A stretch of DNA of 64,000 nt from Octopus sinensis. Lineage: Eukaryota. The notes below the pieces were generated by a model. The model saw nothing but the letters and a program-made list of their open reading frames with translations, was not told where the DNA came from and ran no database searches. The stretch is taken from the NCBI RefSeq assembly GCF_006345805.1, contig NC_042999.1, positions 95,170,001 through 95,234,000 of the forward strand. Direction: 5' to 3'. The translations under genes and the position numbers were made by a program. Shown here one piece after another: positions 36,461 through 50,145 of the stretch (position 1 is the stretch's first letter; every line of letters begins with the position of its first letter).

Positions 36461-37779
36461 GCTATGAATTGTTATTACTACATATGTTTCCTTAGCAATT
36501 TTTTATTTAGAACACAGTATATTATATAACACAACATTTAACAATATTCACCATTATGTAGTAATATACAAGTTTGTGTTTTTATAAAGTGCCATTTCTT
36601 CGAGTAATATAAATTTGAATACATTTTAGATGATATGCCACCAAAAATTTAGTAACATATGACATTTCAGAGAGTGTATTCTGTTGAATGTGTAATGTTT
36701 GTGTGCATGTACGACAAAGTGCAAATATATTGAGAAAAAAGTTAAGTATAAGAGGAATTAGATGTACCCCCTAGACCTCCCTCTCCACAGCTCCTACACC
36801 TTGCACATCATCCCACTATTTCTTGCTTTGTTCTCCTACCTGAGACACTCGTATTTATCCCAGTTTACCTCTCTACATACTGGTATTTCTCATTATCTGC
36901 ACTCCCATCCTAGTTCATCATTCACTAAATTAACCTCTGTCACTACCTTTTAACTGTCCCCCTTCATGCTTTTATGAAAGCATCCACTCTCTCATCCCCT
37001 TCCATGACCCAATGTCCAAGTTTTCTCTTATACTATCCTTGAGAGTTTGCTCTCGTACCCCACCACTACCTTCCTTTTATCTCCTTTAGCTATGTATCTC
37101 CTCTATAGCAAGATATCTATCTTTGTTCCTTTATCATATTTGAGCCTTTCAGTACCTAACAAAACCACTCACCTCCACCTTCTTTTTTTTCCCTTTCCTT
37201 TCTCCCCTGTTCTTTTCTGTCTTGCAAGTTACATGGCAACTTCACTAATGCCAGTGCCAAATAAAAAAGCATCCAGTACACTCTGTAAAGTGGTTAGCAT
37301 TAGTAAGGGCATCCATTCATAGAAATCATGCCAAAGATGACATTGGAGCTCAACACAGCCCTGCAGCTCACTGGTTCCTTGTCAAACTGTCCAACTAATG
37401 CTAGTATGAAAAGCAGGCATAAATCATGCTGATGGTGGTGGTGGTGGTTGTGATGGTGATGGCGGCAGCGGCAGCGGTGACTTTGGTGATCATGGTGGTC
37501 GGGGTTAATTCTCACACACACACACACAAATTCTGTAGGTACTGGTATGTACCAATATGTTCAGATATACAGAGTGTATTTATATGAAGTAAGACAATAT
37601 ATAGTTGGTATGATTTTTCTTCTTTATCACTTCTGCCAAGTGAATTTCTTATTTATCACTGCTATTGTTGGATTTGACTTTTGCAAACATAGAATACACA
37701 CAATATAGTGCATAACTCTTATTGAAACTGACTAGAAAAGGCTGTCAAGTGGAAGGGAAAGCAATAATGTGAAAAGGAG

Positions 37780-38015
37780 TTGCCAGGAGATTATGCTGGC
37801 TGTTAGAAAGCTTTGGTGTGGGGAAAAAACTATGCCATATGCAAAAAAACTTTGAAGATTGTAAAGTTTACAGTAGGAACAATACATAATAATGATAAAA
37901 TGAGGTCAAGTTCTCTTGAAGCTACTCCAGTAACTATTCTCACCTTGTTTTCTCGTGGCTTTGATATCATGCTTGATGTGGAATGGCTCCTGAGTGTGTG
38001 GCCCAGTGTATAAAC
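37780..38015 (+). mobile_element. Tigger-like transposase N-terminal (HTH-psq) relic
   Basis: TVGTIHNNDKMR..LEATPVT...IMLDVEWLLSVW resembles Tigger TV.TI.KNK.K...SATP....IADMEK.L.VW. Confidence 0.65.
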
Positions 38016-38569
38016 ATGACAAAATGTGCCGATAAATACAAAGCAAATACTTGAATAACCATTGCATTTACTTTTATTTATCCCATAATGTATCTCTCTT
38101 CAAAAGATTTTTTTCTATGCTATATGGGTTTTAAAGTAGTTATTTTTTTACGCATGAAAGTTTGTAGAACATTTTTCTTCCCATGAAAATTCTGTAGGGA
38201 CATGCCTTAATTTATATCATGGAAATCAATAGGAAAACAGATTTCATGTTACAGAATTTCATTTATGTTAAAGCTTCCAGGACTGTAAACTACTGTATAA
38301 GAAGAAAAAAAAGTCTTTGAACAAATTTACTGCTCAGTGTCAATGTATCATATGTGAACATATGTAGGAATGGTCATCTGTATATGCACAAACCCATGCA
38401 TACATAATTATATGTGTGCATATATAGTGGTGTGTACATCTCATATATATATGATCACCCATTCATAAATATATGTGCATTTGTCAGCATCGAAAACAGA
38501 CGTCAAAATGATGATGGTGATGATGATATATATATATGTGTGTGTATTAATAATTTGTCTATACATGTA

Positions 38570-38644
<75 letters not shown>

Positions 38645-38829
38645 TCTACATATAAGTATATATATGTGTGTGTATATATATATATTTATATATATAAACA
38701 TACATACACAGACACACACACATTCTTGTATGTAGTAAAGCAAAATGAGAGGAAAGGAGTAAGAGAAAGTGAGAGGGGCAAGAAAGTCTATAGGTGAGTA
38801 TGTTTAGGTAACCAGATAATTACATATAT

Positions 38830-39518
38830 ACCTTATTCACGACTTCCTATGAACATACTTAAGACAATTTGATCCCACACTTACTAAGAGAGGAAATATG
38901 TATCAAAATTCAGAAGTAAAAGTTGCGAACGGATGAAATAACATCTAGAGGTTATTAGTTAAGACTGTAGATCACTATGAGCGATAAAAGAAAGACAAAG
39001 TACTGCAATATTGAAAGAAGAATAAACGAAATTTGGGAAATTTTCCTTCGCCCGAGATATAGTTATTTAATATGATAAGCTATAAATTCACTATCGATTC
39101 TTATCCACGCAAAACGAATAAAACAAAATAAACCAAGAAAAGCGTTCTGTACATTAAAAACACGTGCGTTAGACTAATTCTTCGTCCGTATATTATAAAT
39201 AATTACTACACATGTGTTGTTGTTTCAAGAACTACGCAACACTCCATCCCATTCCACTAGCGATCGCTGCTTACTATCACACGAACTCAGGAATTACGCC
39301 TGTTAGTGTGACGTAAGTGCAGACTGCTAACACACCTGCATACACACACATTCTTATGGAGTGAACTATGGATATATAATACATAATATATTACATAATA
39401 TCGTTTGTGTGTGTGTATGTGTGTGTACATGGAACATTAAAATACTTTGAAGTTGAGAATTACGTATACACACCCATACATACATACATACATACAAGGC
39501 GGTGCCCCAACATGACCG

Positions 39519-39603
<85 letters not shown>

Positions 39604-41287
39604 CACACACATATATACATATACACACACATATATGCATTAAACAGATATTTGGTGATTGCGTGTGTGCGTGTTTGTGAAATTCTCATGCTCCAAGTAT
39701 TTTAATGTTTATCGTCTGTTTTTATTTTAGAAGCATAGTCATAGTTGTGCCAATTAAAATTTACTTTTATTTTATGTTATTATCCTTGATGGATCCGTCT
39801 TCATAACTACAAACCCGTTTCAGTTTCTGAAACACTCCTACGTGTTGCAACTTTACACCTAGACACAAAAGGGGCAAAAACTTTACTGTATGTAAGTACG
39901 TACGAACTGGAGTCAACTAGCTCGATCCCAGAACTTTATCAACTCCGTAAAACTTATATGCGAAACGAACCGAGGTAAGATTTGAACTCGGTGCATATCC
40001 AAATACAGTGGGAGATATGTGTTGTGTTCTTTCGAGTGTGCCGCTGTCGCCCAGTTTACTCCACCTTTATCATTTTTGTAATGCTGTCGCTATGTCCAGG
40101 TAGATTACACCCAAGTGAAAAGAGCCTGTATATTACAGGATACAATTTATTGACCTCTGTAGGTATAAAAAGTAAAGTCGTCACCAGTGAGGCGAGACAA
40201 AATACTTTTATTATACATTTAGTTTGGCTCCCAGCTAATCCATTCCTCAGCGAAAAATAATAATTGTTTTAACTTTTGGCACAACGCCAGCAGTGCTAGG
40301 AGACGGAGGTTAGTAATTTACACTGACACCAGTTTTTGACTGGTATCTTTTCTTTTTTTTTTCACCGATCCCGAAAGGATGAAAGGCAAAGATGACCTCA
40401 GAGGGATTTGAACCCCCTTACAGCGTAAAAGAGCCGAAAGAAAACTGCTAAGCATTTTGTCCGGCGTGCTAAACGATTCTGCTAGCTAACCGCCTTCCGA
40501 ATAGTAATAATAATAATTCATAATTTTGGCTCAAAGCCACAAATTTGAAGCGACAGGTGTATCTAATGAATATGCACAGGTATGCGATTGGTGCTTATCT
40601 TATCAACTTTGAAAAAGTTGGTTCGGGTAGAAATAGAACTCAGAATGTAACGTGATGGCACTAATTATTATCAGGCTTTTAATCCGATGCTCCACTGTAT
40701 CAGTCTCTGTAATCTGGGTTATAATTTCCTTTGGTTATACATGGAATTCTTAATTTATAGGAGATGAGAAACTGCATGTTGTGGCGTTCAAGAATATGCG
40801 AAGAAGATGAGTGTCATATAGTGCTGGGATTTAGATTTGGTGAGGCCATAAGCTGTATAAAAATTCTAAAAAAAAAAAATTACGCATATATATATCCCTC
40901 AATTATTTTGAGGCTCCAACATTTTGCAATGCCCTAAGTTGTAGTTTGATTATTTCATACGCAAAAGCGGCACTGGGATACAATAAGGATTTCAAGGTAT
41001 AACCGAAACCGGTTCGCGAAGTTTTCTTTCACTGGAGTTTTGCATCAACTCAGCATCTCCCACCACTTTTTAACAGCGCAGTACTAAGTTTTTTGCGCCT
41101 TTTTCTTTTATTATTATTATCATTATCATTATTATTTATTGACGCGTTCATTTCCACAAAGAATTCTTTTCTAATTATATCTATAAAGAATTGCGTGTGT
41201 ATGTGTGTGTTATAGGAGCGAGAAGTAAGCTTTTGAAAGAGAAAGAGTTACAAACTAAAAGTTTCGCTCGGATATCCAAAACTTCGA

Positions 41288-41367
<80 letters not shown>

Positions 41368-42488
41368 GGCTACATAAACTGTTGCTGCAGCACGGTTGTT
41401 TGTTTTTCGTGATGATGATGTTGATGTTGTACTTGTAAGCATTCACAAGCTTTACAGTAGTTGGTTTTAATATATCGATGTTTATTATTTGTTATTACAA
41501 AACAAAGCAATCCAAAAAAATTCCCAACATTTCGTTCTAACATTACCAGCTTAGGAGATTTCTTAACAACAAAAGCGAAAAGTAAGTTATTCTTTCGTTT
41601 TCTCTTCCCCATGCTTTCCACACACACTTCACATCTGCATGCGCGTACACACCCACCCACACATATACACTGCTCGATATTATTTGTACCTGTATCTCAC
41701 TTTCTTCCGTTTGTTCCTAATTCATTTTTCTGTCTTTCATCATCTGGCTCTATATATTTTCATTTTCATTTTAAAATAACAGTCTTTTATAAGTGGTAAC
41801 TAAAACTGCCATAGTACGTACGTACGAATGTCCCTTTTCTTAAAAAAAGTAAAACAAAACAAAACATTGATTTAACTCTACCTATTACGCGTGTATAAAT
41901 GTTTATATATTTACGTATATGTAATGTGTGTATGTGAGGGTATAAATACTGTGTGGATTGATTTTTCGATTTCTTGAGATAAGTGATAGTTACAGGAAAG
42001 AAATAGTTTGTCCAGTTAATGCACCTTCGCAGAGTAGTACTGGTTACTTGTGTACTATATCGATATTCTTGGTGCACTCCATCACACACACACACACACA
42101 CACATTCTACATAAGACTGAATCCTCATTTTGGGTGTGTCATATTTCTCACCACACAACAACAACAACTTCAACAACAGCAACGCAACTGTTGTTGTTTT
42201 ACTTTAAAGCGTGAGAATATATTTTAAGAAATCGATTGACAGACCATTGTAAATAAAAGGAAAGAAAGAAAAAGTGTGTGGTTGAGTGAATGGGGAAAAT
42301 CAATGACTGACGGGGAGGGGAAGGTTGTTGGAGGGATGTCTTGGTTTCTTATATATATATATATAGATAGATAGATAGATAGATACATATATACATACAT
42401 ATATATAGATACATATATACATACATATATATATATACATACATATATATATACATGCACATACATATATACATATATGTATACATAT

Positions 42489-42519
<31 letters not shown>

Positions 42520-43760
42520 ATATATATATATATACATACATACATACATACATACATACATACACACACACTTACATACATATACCATTTAATGTTCACT
42601 AGTTCTTTCAATTGAAGCTCCACGCACACACACACACACACAGACTCATCCATTTGCAAAGATAAATAAATACCCGTTAATACAGATATGTACAAGTACA
42701 AACGTACACGCCTACAGGAAGCATACTCGTCCATATATACACACATATGAGAGAAAGATGATACTCAAAGAAAAAGAGAACCCAGTTAAGTAGGGATACA
42801 TGTCCAAAAGGGTATGGCACAAATATATAGAAATTCATGCTTTAACACACCCGGGTGGTACATTTAGACATATAGACTTGTTGACATTAATACGCAGGAA
42901 CTTGTAAACATAAACACAGTCCAAGAAATACTAACATGCTGTCACTAACGAACACACATACACATACTATCTTTTACCTATGTACATAAACACATACACT
43001 TGCATTAAGAGTGCTGCAAACAGATATACTGACAAAGATACAGACACACACAAACACCCTCGAGTAATTTCTAAAACAATTTACGGATAACTACCGAAAT
43101 ACTTAGGAAGCGGTCACTGCACTGTCGTTTATACTACTATGAAATAGGGTGGACAGCGATTACACTTCAATAGAAGTAGTGGTCACTACTTTTGTTGTTT
43201 AACCTCAGATCGGCCCTGAACTCAGGAGTCCCAGGATCTAAGATGTTCCAGATGTGACAGTCGTCGTTTTTCATTGTGACCTAATATAGATTAATTTTGT
43301 CGATGCAGAACACCGCCAGTTTCCTCGGATTTCGGATTTTACCATAATGCATCTTATTTCTTTATTGCTCACAAGGGGCTAAACATAGAGGGAACAAACA
43401 AGGACAAAGGGATTAAGTCGATTAAATCGACCCCAGTGCGTAACTGGTACTTAATTTATCGACCCCGAAAGGATGAAAGGCAAAGTCGACCTCGGCGGAA
43501 TTTGAACTCAGAGCGTAACGGCAGACGAAATACCGCTAAGCATTTCGCCTGGTGTACTAACGTTTCTGCCATAATTAATCTAAAGTTACCTTATGCATGG
43601 AGACTGTTTTATATTTAAGTTGGTTCGAGCCTCCTGTTGTTATTAGTGTTTTGTTTAACGCCTGGTCAACTTTGATAGGACGATTCAGTTTGTTCATCAG
43701 ACTTAGTATTCAGACCACATTATCTAATATTCCTTCCCTTTTTTGAACACGGTGTTGTGT
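38830..43760. promoter_or_regulatory. CpG-retaining, promoter-like zone, possibly divergent
   Basis: CpG is visibly frequent in unique AT-rich sequence here and rare elsewhere outside young TEs. It contains (CT)37 at 41291-41364, TGACGTAA at 39309, CACGTG at 39161 and outward-facing GTAAGT donors at 38884 (-) and 41582 (+). Confidence 0.45.
43352..43570 (-). mobile_element. Well-preserved tRNA-derived SINE (second family), CpG intact
   Basis: The minus strand has a tRNA-like head (gagttcaaattc B-box) and the core gtcgactttgcctttcatcctttcggggtcgataaattaagtaccagtt. Confidence 0.9.
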
Positions 43761-44535
43761 GATTTGAAGGAGATTTGATTCCTATCTGCAGGTGAATCCT
43801 CCTTCATTTACTTGTCAAGCTCCTAGTAGTCATACTTTGGAGTCCATAGACAGTGGACTATGCATTCACTTGTTTGAGGAGTGATCTTGTAGTAATTGAA
43901 GCTGATGAAGAATGATTTGTGCATTGTAATTGAGGTCGAGTTGGTGAAAAGTGATCTGGAGACAGATGTTACTATCAGTGGGCTGGTCAAACTGCTCTCC
44001 CAACTTACCAATAGCAAGTATTAGTGAAATTTTTGGCCCCATCCTCCTCTGTTACTAAGAAGGCAATAAAGTGTTCACATCCATATAATTCTTTCTTTGA
44101 CATGATAGTGGATAAATTTAAAAAGTTTAAACCCATTTTAATTTTATTAAACATGCAAATTTGTCCACCTACTTTTTAATCTTTATAGCCTCACACTGCA
44201 AAACACTGGATTAGACCACACTGAAGGTGGATTGATGAGTGTATTGCAGTCAGGTTCTTGAAAAGATCAAGTGTCAAACATGGACCTCAGTCCAGGCTAC
44301 TCATTTAGTAGCCAGAGATAAATACAGATACTATATTTAGCTACAGGCTGCAGGTTATATACATGTTTGAGATGTACCTACAAGTAACAGAACAGGACAT
44401 AAGAATTTGACTGATTTTTAAAAAATCTGGTCCTTTGACTTTTAAAAGGAGAAGTAGGCACCTCTGAAAATTGCAAGCCATTCCAGATGGCCTGCTTGCG
44501 AACAATCCTTCAGTTTGATCTCTGTTCTCTGTTAG

Positions 44536-44598
44536 AGAAAGTGCTGAGTGAATATGGTCAAAAGTGGTCCAGTGTATTATGGTTACACTAGTAAAGTG
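44536..44598 (+). other. Candidate 63-nt exon containing a start codon (MVKSGPVYYGYTSKV)
   Basis: Acceptor tctctgttctctgttAG, in-frame upstream TGA, aatATGg at 44554, open frame to donor GTG|gtaagt. There is no homology support. Confidence 0.3.
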
Positions 44599-46867
44599 GT
44601 AAGTACAGTTGGAAGAAGTTGTCAGTGTAACTGTTGTTGCTAGGTATGGAATTGTTAGTCTAGTGTAGTAACGCTTCCAAGAAAATATCTTGATTGAAGT
44701 TTATTGATCTTTTGATACACTTATACCAAATGTGGCTATGTTTGTTTGTGTGTGTGTTGGGGGAGATATTAGGTGTAACATATTGGGACTACACACAATA
44801 CAATAAAAGCTCTATATGTTGACCTAACACATATCATTGTGTGTGTGTATTAATCGTCATTTATCTGTGAGTGCATGTTTGACTAAGGCAGAGACCTAGA
44901 TATTTGGCAGAACTGAAAAGAGTACAATGCATGAAAGAAATAATAAAATATATTTTTTGTCACCAGGGTACTGATGTCTTTGAGACTAATTTATATTTTC
45001 AGAATATCAGTAATAATTTGAGTGTTATATGAGAAACAGGTGATAATTCACTGCCAAGTAATTGATTGGAAAATCAGTCTAAATTCTTATGATGCAGAAA
45101 TCTGATGCTTGATAGGGTTTGAAAGCGTATTCTTTCTCTTGAGTAACTCCTCTTGTAGGTTTGTATATTTTAGGTCATTGAAACAATCATGCATTTGACT
45201 CCTTAATTTTTGACTTTGTTTTCACTCTCACAATGCATGTTAATTGGTAATTAGGTGTTTGTACATGAAACAGATTTTGACTTAACTATGTAGTAATTAT
45301 TACTTACAAAATGACATTTTTGCCGACATCATCATCATCATTTTACTATCCACTTTACCATGCTTGCATGAGTAAGATGGAATTTGTTGAGACAGATTTT
45401 CTACAGTCAGATACCCTTCCTGTTGCCAACCTTTACTTGTTTCTAAGCATGGTAATATTTCTTCATGACCAGACATGTTTTCACAAAAAACTGGAAATAA
45501 ATGGTGCCAATTGTATGACACTGACACTCATTTACAACTATTACACAATGTTAAGGCATGAAGGTACTCTCTCTCTCACACACATGCACACACATTATAT
45601 GACAGGCTTCTTTCACTTTCCATCTACCAAATCCACTCACAAGGCTTTGGTCAGCCGGGGGTTATAGTAGAAGATACTTACCCAAGGTACCATGCTGTGG
45701 AACTGAACCTGAAATCAATGATTATGAAATATATCAAAAGATATACTGACCTCTCAGCCAAAATATTGACAGATAAATAGAAGTGTTTTAGAAGTTCAAT
45801 TATTGTGAGGGTTAAAGAGCACATCTCAACTCATATCCCTTTGTCTGAGAATAAGGAAGAAAGTGTTTTTATTCCGATGCAAACGCCTTATGAATTCAAT
45901 CCATTAGGCTTTTAAAAAAGTATTACAGAAGACAGTACACTGTTGTAAGCTAAAGGAGATGACAGGTGAGCTCTGTACAAATAAGTATCCTGTCAGCATA
46001 TTATGATGTGATGAAATCATCATGTGAGGATGGAAGTATCAGTAATATATTGAGGTTGATTCAACTGATTGTACAGATTTGTGGTTGTGTGTTGATGCAG
46101 AAGTTATGATTTAAAATATACTAAAAAAATACAGATGTCCAAGAATTCTTCAAGTTATAGAATGAAGGTATACTAATGTTAAGCCAAATGTTTTATAAAG
46201 GAAAATTTCCTTCAAATTTTACTACCTACCAATGTAATACCAATTCATTTATAACATTTCTTTTACCTAATGATGTAAAAAAAAAAATTACTGAGATTGT
46301 TATTTATCAAGCAATTTCTTAAATGCATTTTTTTTAGAGAGATTCTGAAATATTAAATGATGCTTTGATTGAAAAAGGTTATTATAAATTAATTACCTTG
46401 TTTAATAACAGAACAAAATATCTTCATCAATATTTCAAATAGGAAACTTATAGATCAATAAAAAAGACAACACCAATGCAATTTTCTGTACTAGTAACAA
46501 GATTAGTTGTATGAATCAGTTAGAAAATGTGTATAGAAAACCTGTAGTGACTGAAAACTTTTAAAATGCAAGAGAGTGATTAGATGTGAATAAATTGAGA
46601 AAGCAGTATTCTTTACTTAGTCAATAAAGCAGTACAAAGGTTAGATAGCTTCTCCAAACTACTACTGACTCTCTATAAACAACAATTACACTTTCCAATG
46701 AACACACTTAACTCAATTGCTTTTCTCTTCTCCTGTCTCCTTTTCTGTGCTTCTCTCTCTATATTCCACTTGAAAAGCAATTTTCTCCATTTCTTCTTTA
46801 CCACAACTTCATCCTCCATTATTCTCTTCTGGTCTATGCTTTTCTTTCAAACTGTGACCTTCTATAG

Positions 46868-47004
46868 CAGGCATAGGCAACCTTTTTCAAGAAGCAGGCC
46901 ACATGAGACATGATTCATCACAAGGTGGGCTGCACTACTAAAAACTGTCAGAGTATTTTTTGTGCCATTTGGAAGTCCCATAGACTGCTGTTTGCCCATA
47001 GTTG
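46868..47004. mobile_element. hAT (Charlie-like) MITE, 137 bp
   Basis: 8-bp TSD ttctatag (46860-46867 and 47005-47012). Degenerate TIRs caggcataggcaa / ttgcccatagttg. Confidence 0.8.
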
Positions 47005-47699
47005 TTCTATAGTTTCAACTGACCAATGATTAATTTAAATTTACCTGGTTGTACCTTTGCCACTGATGAAGTCTTATCTCATTTCTCCCTCAGAATAAAT
47101 GTAAGAGTATTTTATGCAATCGTTTACATCCATTATATAAAGACATACGTAAAGTGGTGAACTGTCAAAATAATTAAATGATCAGATAAATGCTTTGCAA
47201 TATTGGTTCCAGTTCTTTGCATTTTGAATTTAAATCCTGATGAAGTCAGTTATGCCTTTCATTCCAGTGGGGGTCAATAAAATAAAGTACTGGTTAAGTT
47301 TTTAAGTATATAGCATTGACCAACACCCTACCTTCAAAAATACTGGCCTTGTTGCTAAATTAGAAAATATTATATATTTACACTTAGCCCTAAAATTGAT
47401 ATCAATTTAGTACATATTTTTTTTATCAACTAGTGATTGTTGAACTGATGTGTTATTAGATATGAAAGGTCATGCCATAAACAACACATTTTTGATGGCA
47501 CAAACAAAGATACAGACATATGTGTATGCAAGAGATTTCCACACAGTTTCTGTTTATTGAATTTCTCTAAGTTATTTTCATCACAAGGCTTTAGTAGAAG
47601 TTGCCTAAGATGCAGCACGAATGAATCTCAAATATTGTGCTGGTGAAGCAAACATCTTAAACATGTAGCATTGCCTGCACTTATTTCTGGGCTGCAGCT

Positions 47700-48760
47700 A
47701 TCAACACTGAGTCAATAAAAGGTAGATCTGGAGAGATTTTAGATGTGCTAGATTAGAAGTACATGTGTGCTGTAGAAACATGATGAAGAAAGCCTTAGCC
47801 AGAATTTTTATGGGAAAAGAAAACAAAAGCAGATTATTCTGGATAGGCTAAAGTTGTGGAGAGAGTTTACTGTTGGTAGAGAAATAGATAAAGTAACTTC
47901 ATCACTGAATAACTAAGGTATGGGATGCTCTGGATAACAAAGCAATGTCTCAATATGATTCAGGATGTCATTAGTAATGAAGGTGTATATAAAGATAATG
48001 TTACATTCACCCTCCCTGCTTTTGAGTGCCAATAGTATTGAGATGCTATTATGAGAGCTTACTGAATGAGGTGAATAGTTGGGAGAGAGAGAGAGAGACT
48101 ACTCTAAGTTAGAGGGACCAACTGCTGCGATTGACAGCTATACAATTGAAATGGAAATAAAGGATAAGAAGTCAGGAAGGCTGCTTACTAGACCATCAGA
48201 GATAGTTGATCTGGTGAAGACATGAAATAGTCACTTGCATAATTAATTAGTCGAGGAGATTTTACTGATAACAGTTTAATCAACCACTACAAAGTAAAAG
48301 ATATGCTCTAGAATGAAATCACTGGAGAAGGCATCAAAGTGATGGATCAAGTCACGGAAATTATAGGAGTTGCAGCATGACTAATTGGGAAGAAAATAAG
48401 CTTGGATGAGATACAGTTTAGTTTTGTGTCTGGCTGGGACACTTCTGATGCTGTCTTTCTCACAAGACATTTACAAGAGAAGGTCTTAGAAAAGAGCAAC
48501 CCACAGTACAGTACTTTGCATTCGTTGACCAGGGGAATACATTTAATAGAATACCGCCCTCTGTAGTCTGGTGATTGCTGATAAATTTATATATATATAT
48601 ATAAATGGCTTGTGAGAGTCGTGCAAACCATGTATACAGATGCTCTCTGTTAGAAACAAGTTCAGCAAGGAATTTTTAACATGCAGGTAAATGTCTGTAA
48701 ATGTCTATCAGAACTCGGTTATCATTCTCCGGTTATTAAGTTTCTCCAAGCTATAACAGG
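47700..48760 (+). mobile_element. Old, internally deleted RTE LINE relic (EN start + RT)
   Basis: AINTESIKGRSGEILDVL, ARIFMGKENKSRLFWIG, YESLLNE, GIKVMDQV, DEIQFSFV, DAVFLTRHLQEK, YFAFVDQ, WLVRVVQTMYTDA parallel the intact ORF. Confidence 0.85.
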
Positions 48761-48763
48761 AGA

Positions 48764-48992
48764 TTAACTCTTTTTGGTACCAACATACCTGATTCTGCCT
48801 TTGTTTCTATAATAAAAACTTTCTGTGATAAAGTGATCTCCATTAAAACCTTCCATCCAAATTTTATATCAATTTATATTCTAAAACCCAGTTTAATAAT
48901 GACAAAGTTTATTTATTAAATTCTTCATTATTTTTAAAATTAATTACCCAAAGGCAGTATATTTCAAAAGAAATATGTTAATAAAAGTGTTA
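48764..48992. mobile_element. piggyBac-like MITE (second family), diverged
   Basis: ttaactcttttt ... aataaaagtgtta read as decayed TTAA-CCCTTT / AAAGGG-TTAA ends. Confidence 0.45.
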
Positions 48993-49089
48993 CATAATAA
49001 ACATCACCTTCAGATATAGATGAACAACACCTTTTTGTAATTTAGAAAACAACTCATCAGCAAACATGTCCATCAATCCTACCTCTTCT

Positions 49090-49760
49090 CTTCTTCCCCA
49101 TTCTTTTTAATATCTGATTCTATATACTGAAATTCTTCTGCTTCATTAGACTAAACTTTACTTATCTTATAAAGCCTATCTATAACTTGGGTCTGAAAGA
49201 TCTTTGAACCAGCAATGCAAATATCATCAACATAAGTAGCAATGATACTAAGTAGTTTCTTTCCAAAATACCATGTAAATTGCCTCATCATATTTTGAGG
49301 CTACTGCTCCTAACTTCGTTCATTTTTCCTTGTTAGATACCAGGATTTTCTAGCATCAGTCAAACCATGTACACATTTTAAAAGTTTCTATATATAATCT
49401 GGAGATGCAGTTGCCTCTTGAGGAGGATCTAAGTAAACTAATCACTTGTGCTGTGAAAATGCAGTCTTAATACCCATTGATTTACATATGCAGCTATAAG
49501 GTACCATAATTCCTAATGTGCAAATGTGGGATGTTATAATTCCCAAGACTACATATAGACACTTTTTGAACATGTGGGTGAGTCATTTCTGATATCATTA
49601 GCATCTCTATCCTGAAAGCCTCTGCCATGAATCTCACTTTACAAATTTGTTATCATTCAATATTCTATTTGCAGTAAATTCATCTTGTGGATATCTTTGG
49701 TTGACCTGCATATAAATTTGATTTTCAAAATTCTAAGTTACCTTCACTTGGCCAAGTTAC
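49090..49760 (-). mobile_element. Decayed Ty1/copia reverse transcriptase fragment
   Basis: The minus strand gives, in order, GQPKISTR*, KVRF..RGFQD..DIRNDSPTCSK, MGIKTAF, VYLDPPQEA, KCVHGLTDARKSWY, IIATYVDDICIAGS (YVDD 49223-49234) and EEFQYI. These are copia RVT_2 motifs. Confidence 0.85.
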
Positions 49761-50113
49761 TATTGGAGGAAGAAGGTGAAGTGAAGAGAGAAGCACGATG
49801 GGAAGGCAGAAGATAGAAAGGAGGAGAAGGTTAGCAGATAGGAGGGATGATGATTCTTCTAAGGACAAGGATCTGCCTTTGTGGAAGCAATTGTAGCTTC
49901 GTCATTAGATGGGATCACCCTGAGGGGGAATTGTTTTTAGGATCATATAGCTGTACATTTCTGAGGCTAGATGTGTGAGTGTAATTCCTCAGTTGTTTTG
50001 AGGTTGGTGAAGATCACTTCCAGCACACAGAGACATCCACACATGTCTCTGTGTACTGTAGGTGATAATGTGTTTTTCTATGTGTATGTATGGGCTTGTG
50101 TGTGTATGTATAC

Positions 50114-50145
<32 letters not shown>

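Noticed and set aside
36500-36750. Second TIR of the Passer-like transposon
   Set aside because: Only a weak resemblance near 36672-36697; not supportable.
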